From assembly GCA_902800595.1 (NCBI GenBank), contig CADCFA010000003.1, forward strand, positions 1,931 to 65,930: a stretch of 64,000 nt of DNA, read 5' to 3'. This document shows, piece after piece, positions 37,936-45,852 of the stretch; the stretch's first letter is position 1, and every line of letters starts with the position of its first letter. The notes under the pieces were generated by a model, which did no database searches, had not been told where the DNA came from, and worked only from the letters and a program-made list of their open reading frames with translations. Source of the DNA: an uncultured Prevotellaceae bacterium (GTDB taxonomy: Bacteria > Bacteroidota > Bacteroidia > Bacteroidales > Bacteroidaceae). Made by a program: the position numbers and the translations under genes.

Positions 37936-39678
37936 TTAGTTTGTACTATTGTTCTTTTGTTGTTCTAAAGCCTCGCGCTCTGCCAGATTCTCTGCAAGCG
38001 TACGGGTCACTTGTTCACTTCGCTTACGCAGAAGCGGGGAGACTGTCATGCAGAACACCAGCCCTATGACGACGAACGGCACCAGCCATCCCATCCATTC
38101 GACAGTGTGGTTTAGGATAAAGGCGACGAAGGCAGCTCCAATCACCATGCGCAACAGCTGTAGGGCGAACAGTCTGATACGACTCTCACGGCTTTTCTTC
38201 CATAATGTAATCATATCCTCGCTCAGACTATCGTGAAGCATCAGCGTCCACAAGAACGGGGCACTGGCAATCAGGGTGATGGCTGCCGTTACAAGACCAG
38301 CCCAGGGATCAGGTATCATCCTCTCAATCAGCGGTTTGCCGAACAGCAGCATGATACCAATGACTGCAATGCTCAGCACACCATATATCAGTATATTGAT
38401 GAACACTTTCCTCAGATGTGAGCGCCATGCGTCGTATTGTTCTTCTGTCTGCCCCTCCTCGTCAGAAGAGTTTCTCTCTAACTTCTCACGCAGTCTTGCA
38501 GGCATCATGCGTGCCACCACTTCGTAGGCAGGTGCCGAGAAGCGTATCATATAGGGGGTCGTAAACGTCGTGAAGACCGACACAGCCACAACGATGGGAT
38601 AGAGGAAATCGCTGGTTACGTGCAACGATGTGCCCAATGTGGCGAGAATAAAGGCAAACTCACCGATCTGCGTCAGCGAGAAAGAACATTGCATGGCGGT
38701 CTTCAGCGACTGTCCTGCCAGTAGGAATCCGCCCGTGCTCAAGATGATCTGTCCCAGCATGATGCTGACGATGATGCAAAGGATAGGGGTGATATACTCA
38801 ACAATAATCGCCACATCAACCATCATGCCTACGGATACAAAGAAGATGGCACCGAAAAAGTCTTTGATGGGTGTCACCAGAAGTTCTATCTGCTCTGCCT
38901 CTACAGTCTCTGCCAGGATGCTACCCATGATAAAGGCTCCGAAGGCGGCAGAGAAACCTACCGCAGAGGCGAGAACCACCATCCCTAAACAGAGTGCTAA
39001 TGAGGTGATCAGCATGGTCTCATTGCTCATGACAGGTTTCATCTTTCGTAAGAACAGCGGTACGAGGATGAGACCTAACGTAAACCAGAGTATGAGGAAG
39101 AAAATGAGCTTCAGGATAGACATGAGCATCTGTGTGCCCTCAAATTCCTGACTGACAGCCAGTGTGGAAAGCATCACCATGAGCACTATGGCCAGTATAT
39201 CCTCGATGATAAGCACGCTGAGCACGAGGCTGGCAAAGGGCTTCTGGCGCAGACCAAGATCATCGAAGGCCTTGAATATAATGGTGGTCGAGGACATGGC
39301 CAGCATACCGCCTAAGTAAATACAGTCCATCTGGCGCCATCCGAAGAACTTGCCTGTGGATATGCCTACAAGAATCATACCCAGGATAATGGCGCAGGCG
39401 GCGATGATGGGGGCAGCCCCCATCTTCAGGATCTTCTTGAATGAGAACTCCAACCCCAGTGCGAAAAGCAGGAAGATGACACCGATATCGCTCCAAATAT
39501 GAATGCCGTGCAGGTCGGTGACGCTGGGCGTATATGGCATATTTGGTGATGCCAGAAAACCCGCAACAATGTAACCAAGCACCACAGGCTGCTTCAACCA
39601 CTTGAACAGCAATGTGGTGGCACCAGCACAGAGCATGATTTCTGCAAGATCGATGATGAGAGGGTTGAGTTCTGACAT
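37936..39678 (-). CDS. CPA2 cation:proton antiporter
   Basis: KQPVVLGYIVAG, LFALGLEFS, SSTTII, LIIEDI, FFVSVG, QIGEFAF; no C-terminal RCK/TrkA-C domain. Confidence 0.9.
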   Translation of the reverse strand: MSELNPLIIDLAEIMLCAGATTLLFKWLKQPVVLGYIVAGFLASPNMPYTPSVTDLHGIHIWSDIGVIFLLFALGLEFSFKKILKMGAAPIIAACAIILGMILVGISTGKFFGWRQMDCIYLGGMLAMSSTTIIFKAFDDLGLRQKPFASLVLSVLIIEDILAIVLMVMLSTLAVSQEFEGTQMLMSILKLIFFLILWFTLGLILVPLFLRKMKPVMSNETMLITSLALCLGMVVLASAVGFSAAFGAFIMGSILAETVEAEQIELLVTPIKDFFGAIFFVSVGMMVDVAIIVEYITPILCIIVSIMLGQIILSTGGFLLAGQSLKTAMQCSFSLTQIGEFAFILATLGTSLHVTSDFLYPIVVAVSVFTTFTTPYMIRFSAPAYEVVARMMPARLREKLERNSSDEEGQTEEQYDAWRSHLRKVFINILIYGVLSIAVIGIMLLFGKPLIERMIPDPWAGLVTAAITLIASAPFLWTLMLHDSLSEDMITLWKKSRESRIRLFALQLLRMVIGAAFVAFILNHTVEWMGWLVPFVVIGLVFCMTVSPLLRKRSEQVTRTLAENLAEREALEQQKNNSTN

Positions 39679-39691
39679 ACCTTATTATATA

Positions 39692-41941
39692 TTAGAATAC
39701 ATAGCCGAGGTTGATGAAGAAATAGGCTGACTTCGTATGGTTGCTATAGCCAAGCGAGGCACCCAGGAGACCAAACATCGAGTTGTAATAGTAGGCTGCT
39801 TGCACGCCGAACAAGGCGCGATGGTCCAGCAGATTCCTTACCTTGTCAGCGTTTTGGCCGAAAGCCACCTTCAGCAAGGCATAATGCTTTTCGCCAAAGC
39901 GCTGTTGTGCCTGCAATTGGGCGGCAAAGAACTGGTTATCAATCGACTCCATGCGTCCGATGCCAGCAAAAGGCATCTGCTGCTCCACATAGTGGCTGAA
40001 CCACTCGCCACCGATGGTGTTACTTAAGACCGTCGGAACGACGTTTCCGAAGAGCAGACGACCATACACCATGGGCTGCAGCGTGAACCGACTGCCAAAT
40101 GTAAATGAAGCACGCCAGTTGGCACTTACCTCACTCATACCTGTAGTCTTGCCCAGCTTGGTGCCGTCGGGGGCATACTCGTTGAGTTTGACGAAATTGT
40201 TGGTAACGTAAGCATACTCAGCCTTGAATCTTACGCCGCGTGTCGGGAAATACCAGTTGTCCTCGCTGTTATAGTTGACCCTGCCACGATAGCTGATGAA
40301 GTGTTCATTCTCGAAATTCATCAGGCTTGATGTCTCCGAACCGAGGCCACTACGGTAGTGCATGTAGTCCCAGCGCAAGCCGAACTGTATGTTGAAGTGG
40401 CGCAAGTCGAAGTTGAGAGGGGTCAGTTCTGCCTGCGACTGGTTGTAGCGCATGTTATAGTCGCGATCACCATTTAGATACACATCGATGTCATTGCGAT
40501 AGAAGGTATAACAGAACTTAGGGCGTGTGAAATAACGCGGATGCCCCGTTATTTCCATGCGTCCCATGATACGTTTGCCCAGTCGCACTGTGAGTTCGGT
40601 GCTGACGGGAATGAGGGTCTTCCAAGGAATGTCGAGTCCGACCTGTACGGTGGCATACTCCTCTGTGTCAAAGCGGGCTCCGGCATGCAATTGCGCTGAT
40701 TTCCGACCGCTTGCCGATAAGACGACGCGCATATCGTCGCCATCCTGCACCAGTCTGCACTCTGCCGTCTGGTAAAACAGATCTACGCGCATGGTCGTGG
40801 TCAGTTGCTGCTGCAGCTTGGCATCAATGCTGTCCAACTTGTCCAAATGGTGTTTCTGTCGGATAAAGCGTTCATCCTGCGCTGTCATGTTCTCAAAGGT
40901 AAAGCCGGTGATATGCCTTTTCTCCGTCAGTACCTGTGGGCGCAGCGGCTGCAGGATCGTGGGTCGGAACGACTCGTCGATGCCGATGCGCTTTTTCAGA
41001 GCTAGAATCTGATCCCAGTGGCGCATGGCCTCGTCTTCGCCTCGACGTATCAGCGTGTCGATGGCTGCGGGCGTGAAGCTGGCGGCATTAAACCCCTTCG
41101 TATCTACGGGGAAGTGCAGGTCGGTAATGGCGAGGTTTTCGTCGTACTTGTTCTTACAATTCACATCGACGATCTGGCTGATGATGCTCATCGTGCCACC
41201 CAGGTTCTCCGCCACCTTCGGCGGTCCCTGCACGGTGACGCCAATAATGATGTCGGCACCCATCTGGCGGGCGATGTCGGCAGGGAAGTTGTTCCTCAGT
41301 CCGCCATCTACAAGCACCATGTCCCCAATCCTCACTGGTGAGAAGGCTGCGGGGATAGCCATTGAGGCACGCATGGCCTGGGGCAGATGACCACTGTGGA
41401 AGTCGTATTCAGAGTTGTCGATGATGTTTGTCGCCACACAGGCAAAGGGAATAGGCAGGTCGCGCGTGAAGTCGAGTGAATCGGTATAGCCCACGCACAG
41501 CTGTTGAAACAGCTCGGCGAGATTCTTACCCTTGATGATGCCACCGGCATTCTTATCCTTCTTGCCAAGATTGGTATTAATAAAATAGGTGTTCTGCTTC
41601 TTACGATCGCTTAGGCTCTGGTTGCTCAGGTCCTCCCGGTCGCTGATCACGTAGCCCCAGTCCTGTACGCGCACAAGCGAGTCTAACGCATTGGCATTAT
41701 AGCCGATGGCATACAGACCGCCGATGATGCTACCCATCGACGTACCAGTGACGATGTCAACGGGAATACCCGCCCGCTCCAGCACCTTCAGCACACCGAT
41801 GTGCGCCATGCCCTTGGCACCGCCGCCACTCAGCACCACTGCCACTCGCTTCCTGCCCGTAGTCGTGCTGTCCGTCTGGGCCGTTGCTGTAGCCATTGCC
41901 AGCAGAGCTATTAGCATCAATACAATTCTATTCTTTTTCAC
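39692..41941 (-). CDS. Patatin-like phospholipase with C-terminal beta-barrel (PlpD/type Vd-like)
   Basis: Signal peptide, GGGAKG, GTSMG, DGG; C-terminal amphipathic strands ending NLGYVF. Confidence 0.9.
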   Translation of the reverse strand: MKKNRIVLMLIALLAMATATAQTDSTTTGRKRVAVVLSGGGAKGMAHIGVLKVLERAGIPVDIVTGTSMGSIIGGLYAIGYNANALDSLVRVQDWGYVISDREDLSNQSLSDRKKQNTYFINTNLGKKDKNAGGIIKGKNLAELFQQLCVGYTDSLDFTRDLPIPFACVATNIIDNSEYDFHSGHLPQAMRASMAIPAAFSPVRIGDMVLVDGGLRNNFPADIARQMGADIIIGVTVQGPPKVAENLGGTMSIISQIVDVNCKNKYDENLAITDLHFPVDTKGFNAASFTPAAIDTLIRRGEDEAMRHWDQILALKKRIGIDESFRPTILQPLRPQVLTEKRHITGFTFENMTAQDERFIRQKHHLDKLDSIDAKLQQQLTTTMRVDLFYQTAECRLVQDGDDMRVVLSASGRKSAQLHAGARFDTEEYATVQVGLDIPWKTLIPVSTELTVRLGKRIMGRMEITGHPRYFTRPKFCYTFYRNDIDVYLNGDRDYNMRYNQSQAELTPLNFDLRHFNIQFGLRWDYMHYRSGLGSETSSLMNFENEHFISYRGRVNYNSEDNWYFPTRGVRFKAEYAYVTNNFVKLNEYAPDGTKLGKTTGMSEVSANWRASFTFGSRFTLQPMVYGRLLFGNVVPTVLSNTIGGEWFSHYVEQQMPFAGIGRMESIDNQFFAAQLQAQQRFGEKHYALLKVAFGQNADKVRNLLDHRALFGVQAAYYYNSMFGLLGASLGYSNHTKSAYFFINLGYVF

Positions 41942-41950
41942 TATATTATT

Positions 41951-42859
41951 CTACTTTTCTAATTCTCCTTTATGGTATTTCACCCGGTATTCCATCGGAG
42001 TCATGCCCATATGATTCTTGAAGTATTTGCCGAAGAACGACGGATTGGGGAAGTTCAGGTCGTTGGCAATCTCCTGTATCGTCATGTCCGTGAAGCGCAG
42101 CCGATGCTCTATGGCCTTCATCGTGAAGTGCTGTATAATGTGGCTCGGCCTGCGGTTCATCACCTCCTTCAGAATCATCGACAGATACTTGGGGGTGATG
42201 TTCAACTGACTGGCGAAATAATCCACCTTGCGGATGCGACCGTCGCTTCGTACCACCATGTCAATAAAAGTGTCCACCAGACGTTTCTTATGTAATGTAG
42301 TATTTACCCCCCCCTCTCCTGGCGATTCTACGGTCACCTTTACATTACTTCTATAGATAGACAGCAATTCCAGCAGCATCGTGCCCCAGAGCGATCGTGT
42401 GATGTCTTCGTAGAGCAGCCGCGATTGATCATTCATCCTTTCTGACAGCAGCTTGAAATAAGTCTCGAACAGCTCATAATCCACAGCGTCGAGGTGAACC
42501 TTTGGCTGCAACTTGTAAGTCGAAATGTCGTTAATTGTCACATTGGAGAAACGGTTGATGTCCCATAGGGAACTTCGCGAAAACCATATCGTCTTGCAGT
42601 TGAAGTCAGGCGAACACAAAAACTTCGTGGCCACGCTTTTAACCATATACAGAAACAGGTCGTTCTTTTCCAGTCGAACCTCCACACCGTCGTATTCCAG
42701 CTGTGCAATACCCTCCGTACAGAGAATTAAGATGCCATAATCGTCGGTATAAAATAGTTTTGGTGGAAGAATGCCCACATTCTCCATCAAAACCAAATCA
42801 TCGCTATCTCCTATTCGGTAAGTGTCACTTCCACTTCGAGGCTTGCCATATGACTCCAT
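41951..42859 (-). CDS. AraC family transcriptional regulator
   Basis: C-terminal double HTH (ASQLNITPKYLS; IQEIANDLNFPNPSFFGKYFKNHMGMTP). Confidence 0.95.
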   Translation of the reverse strand: MESYGKPRSGSDTYRIGDSDDLVLMENVGILPPKLFYTDDYGILILCTEGIAQLEYDGVEVRLEKNDLFLYMVKSVATKFLCSPDFNCKTIWFSRSSLWDINRFSNVTINDISTYKLQPKVHLDAVDYELFETYFKLLSERMNDQSRLLYEDITRSLWGTMLLELLSIYRSNVKVTVESPGEGGVNTTLHKKRLVDTFIDMVVRSDGRIRKVDYFASQLNITPKYLSMILKEVMNRRPSHIIQHFTMKAIEHRLRFTDMTIQEIANDLNFPNPSFFGKYFKNHMGMTPMEYRVKYHKGELEK

Positions 42860-42886
42860 ATTGTTAATCTCGCCTATTTAATTGTG

Positions 42887-42894
42887 CAAAATTA
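42887..42894 (-). promoter_or_regulatory. -7 promoter element TAATTTTG for the araC-patatin-CPA2-RND operon
   Basis: TAnnTTTG consensus upstream of the start codon. Confidence 0.65.
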
Positions 42895-42917
42895 ACCATT
42901 TCTTTTCATTATTTACC

Positions 42918-42982
42918 GTTCTATTTTTACACAATCATGTTCTATTTATCATTTTGCTTAGAAAAATATAAAAATAGAACAT
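42918..42982. promoter_or_regulatory. Candidate AraC-type operator: GTTCTATTT direct repeats 21 bp apart plus an inverted copy
   Basis: GTTCTATTT at 42918 and 42939; AAATAGAAC at 42972. Confidence 0.55.
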
Positions 42983-43023
42983 TATTATAGAAAAATCAAA
43001 TATAGGCAACCCCTACGGCGATA

Positions 43024-43305
43024 CTATTTGATTGATGCAATGATGGTGCGACATAGCCTGTCATGGCGGTAGTTGATGTATTTTGCCAGAAGCCCCATTC
43101 CAACGATTTCGAACAGGAAATAGCAGGCAGGGATGTCAGCCATGCAGAAGATGGCAAACAGAAACGTACGGAAATTGAAGGTGAGCAGACAGTTGAGGGC
43201 AGCTACTGGCCTCGAGAGCGCGAGGTACTGCTGTCGGATGTCATCAGGAATCCTGGTAGTCGATCCATATTGTTGTTGCAGGATACCAACAGTGGTCCAG
43301 CCTAG
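43024..43305 (-). pseudogene. Start-less 3' gene fragment resembling the C-terminus of Bacteroidota CDP-alcohol phosphatidyltransferase-family proteins
   Basis: Manual translation, 93 codons: ...IRQQYLALSRPVAALNCLLTFNFRTFLFAIFCMADIPACYFLFEIVGMGLLAKYINYRHDRLC...; in-frame TAG immediately upstream. Confidence 0.55.
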
Positions 43306-43333
43306 CTATGGCACCATGCGCTTAGGCATGCAC

Positions 43334-44110
43334 TTACCTGCATTTGATATCCTTATACTGCCAAGTGGTGGAAGGCTCGATGAAGTCAAACTCTGTAGCA
43401 TTGTCAGGCAATGCCGGAAAGATGAGTGCGAAGCGCAGCTTCTGACCTGGCCAGGGGATGATGGTCTTTGTTGGCGACAAAGTAATATTCTCTACGCCAG
43501 CGAGCTGCAGCTTGCCACCTTTATTGCCTTTGATATAGCTCCTTCCACTGATGTAGGCTCTGCCATTCATCACGCCACTTTCATACTCCATTTCGATGCG
43601 GGTCTCCTTGTCTGAACATGCCACGCGGAGAATACGGGCTGCTGTCGATTTCTTGTTGACATAGACGGGATTCTCACGGACATAGCGATAGGCAGAATAG
43701 TCGGGCAGGATGGTAGTGGCATTATTCAGGATGCTGGGGCCGTCTGCCGTACGACCAGTCTTCACATAGAGATTGTTAATGCTTCTCGTCAGCGACTTCT
43801 GATCGGTATAGCCATAGAGGCAGTTAAGATTTGAAGCCTCTTCGTATTTCTGAAGGGCCTCTTCCCAGTCCTCGGCAGCCTCAAGGTCCTTTGCCTCGGC
43901 TAAAGCGTCCCTAAAGCTCTGTTCGAACTCCACCTTCTGGCGGGCCTGGATTTCCATCGCCTTCTTCCGCTCAGCCGACTGGATGGCAGAATTTGCGATG
44001 CCGAACAAGCCATTGATGGTGGATGTTGTATTGTAGTTAGTCCACTGCGCACTGGCAGGCAGTGCCATTGTTAACATAAATGCCCCGAATAACAGGTTTC
44101 TAATCTTCAT
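43334..44110 (-). CDS. Exported hypothetical protein (helical/TPR-like N-terminal part, beta-rich C-terminal domain)
   Basis: Signal peptide ASA|Q; own promoter at 44137-44144; C-terminal FALIFPALP...FDFIE. Confidence 0.8.
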   Translation of the reverse strand: MKIRNLLFGAFMLTMALPASAQWTNYNTTSTINGLFGIANSAIQSAERKKAMEIQARQKVEFEQSFRDALAEAKDLEAAEDWEEALQKYEEASNLNCLYGYTDQKSLTRSINNLYVKTGRTADGPSILNNATTILPDYSAYRYVRENPVYVNKKSTAARILRVACSDKETRIEMEYESGVMNGRAYISGRSYIKGNKGGKLQLAGVENITLSPTKTIIPWPGQKLRFALIFPALPDNATEFDFIEPSTTWQYKDIKCR

Positions 44111-44136
44111 GACCTTAAATTTTAAATATTTCGCTG

Positions 44137-44144
44137 CAAAGATA
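44137..44144 (-). promoter_or_regulatory. -7 promoter element TATCTTTG
   Basis: TAnnTTTG consensus. Confidence 0.7.
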
Positions 44145-44273
44145 GCAAATATCTTCGAAACAACCAAGAAAAGGGGAAAAAAGGTTACTTTGCCGCCGTG
44201 AATCGTTTTTTGAGATCGATGGGCCTATTTTTGTCCTAAATTCAAAAATGGTACGTTTATTTTATAAATCAGG

Positions 44274-44281
44274 TACCTTTG
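44274..44281 (+). promoter_or_regulatory. -7 promoter element TACCTTTG upstream of the smalltalk/amidase remnant
   Basis: TAnnTTTG followed by CA. Confidence 0.6.
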
Positions 44282-44355
44282 CATTGTCGGAAGGAATTTT
44301 GCGGGATTTAATTCTGGAACTTTTTACATTTAAATGTAGCAAGTGCTGGATTTAA

Positions 44356-44433
44356 TTCCAGAAAATACACCTTATTGCATCGATTGCTACAGCAATCCTG
44401 ACTGCACTGGGTGCGGTATCGTGTACCATTTAA
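44356..44433 (+). pseudogene. 5'-truncated 'smalltalk'-like small protein
   Basis: FQKIHLIASIATAILTALGAVSCTI*, a hydrophobic helix ending G-x-x-S-C; in-frame stop upstream and no ATG; directly before the amidase remnant. Confidence 0.6.
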
Positions 44434-44447
44434 TAGGTAAGACGATT

Positions 44448-44573
44448 ATGAGAGTTATTACACTGTTGGTGATTCATTGTTCGGCAGTAACGCCCGACCA
44501 GACTCCTCGGCTGCTCGAAGCGTTGCGTAAGCGTTACCCCCGTGCCCTGATCGTAGGGCATCGCGACCTCAGT
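44448..44573 (+). pseudogene. Internally deleted N-acetylmuramoyl-L-alanine amidase (Amidase_2/T7 lysozyme-like)
   Basis: MRVITLLVIHCSAVTPDQT is joined directly to LRKRYPRALIVGHRDLS; the central part (GYHY, GAH, IGICY) is missing. Confidence 0.8.
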
Positions 44574-44652
44574 CACGTATCCAGCTATGTCGGTAAGATG
44601 CCGATTGTGACAAAAAAAGCTTCCTTCTCGTCATATTCTAAGATATTATTTG

Positions 44653-44660
44653 TATCTTTG
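44653..44660 (+). promoter_or_regulatory. -7 promoter element TATCTTTG for the GT87 operon
   Basis: TAnnTTTG 19 nt before ATG 44680. Confidence 0.75.
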
Positions 44661-44679
44661 CACAAAAATTCAAGACCCG

Positions 44680-45852
44680 ATGAAGGACAAACTGAAACGA
44701 TACCTGACGGAGCCCCGCACGCTGCTGTGGCTGTGGATGATTATCGCCGTGACGGGCATGACCCGTTTCGGACATGGCAGGGAGAACAACTTCCTGATAT
44801 TCAAATACGTGTATTGGCATGTGATAGACAAACTGCCACTCTACATCCACTACCCGGAGCAATACTTCGACATGAACCATTACGGTCCGTTCTTCTCGCT
44901 GGTGATCGCGCCCTTTGCCGTGCCTCCCACGTGGCTGGGCATGCTGCTCTGGCTGGTGGCACTCACGCTGTTGCTCTACGTGGCGATACGTCACAATGTG
45001 TTCTCCACCTACCAACAGGTGTTCATCTACTGGTTCTGTATCCACGAGCTGCTCAACGGCGTGCAGATGCAGCAGTTCAACATCGCCATCGCCGCCATCA
45101 TCCTGCTGGCCTACTACTTCACGGAGAAGGAGAAGGACTTCTGGGCGGCTTTCGTGATCATGCTCGGCACGTTTGTGAAACTATACGGTATCGTGGGGCT
45201 CGCCTTTTTCCTATTCTCGAAGCACAAGGGCAGGCTGGTGGCGAGTCTGGCGTTCTGGGCGGTAGTGATGTTCGTCGCCCCGATGCTCATCTCCTCGCCG
45301 GAATACATCATCGGACAGTATCACGACTGGTATGTGAGTCTGGTGGAGAAGAATGCCGACAATATGTTCAGTCACGGCACCAATATCTCGCTCCTGGGAT
45401 TGGTACGTAAGATCTCCGGCTGCGCCACCTACAGCGACCTGTGGCTGCTGATTCCCGGTGTCATCGCCTTCGCCCTGCCGTATCTCAGGCTGAAGCAGTA
45501 TCAGAACGAGGCATTTCGTCAGACGTTGCTTGCCTCGGTGCTGATGGTAACAGTGCTTTTCTCTACAGGTTCTGAGAACAGCGGCTATATCATTGCGGTG
45601 GTGGGTGTTGCCATCTGGTTTACAGCCGCTCCCTGGCAGCGCAGCAAGTGGGATGTGGCGCTGATGGTGTATGTGTTTATCTGCTGCACGATGGCACATT
45701 CCGACCTCGTGCCCAAGTTCCTGCGCGAGGAATATATCAAGCCATACGGACTGAAAGCCCTGCCTGTGGTGATTGTATGGCTGAAACTGTGTTATGAAAT
45801 GTATGTGAGAGATTATGCAAAACAAATTGAACCAAAGCCTGCAATGCGCTAA
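44680..45852 (+). CDS. GT87/DUF2029 family polytopic GT-C glycosyltransferase
   Basis: NNFLIF, NHYGPFFS, QQFN, KLYGIVG, LFSTGSE; many TM helices. Confidence 0.85.
   Translation: MKDKLKRYLTEPRTLLWLWMIIAVTGMTRFGHGRENNFLIFKYVYWHVIDKLPLYIHYPEQYFDMNHYGPFFSLVIAPFAVPPTWLGMLLWLVALTLLLYVAIRHNVFSTYQQVFIYWFCIHELLNGVQMQQFNIAIAAIILLAYYFTEKEKDFWAAFVIMLGTFVKLYGIVGLAFFLFSKHKGRLVASLAFWAVVMFVAPMLISSPEYIIGQYHDWYVSLVEKNADNMFSHGTNISLLGLVRKISGCATYSDLWLLIPGVIAFALPYLRLKQYQNEAFRQTLLASVLMVTVLFSTGSENSGYIIAVVGVAIWFTAAPWQRSKWDVALMVYVFICCTMAHSDLVPKFLREEYIKPYGLKALPVVIVWLKLCYEMYVRDYAKQIEPKPAMR

Noticed and set aside
43063-43615. Plus-strand ORFs 43063-43305 and 43133-43615
   Set aside because: They are antisense to the minus-strand gene fragment and the 43334-44110 gene, with no recognisable features.
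44343-45410. 355-aa ORF overlapping GT87
   Set aside because: It is a chimera of the amidase remnant, a promoter region and an alternative frame of the GT87 gene.
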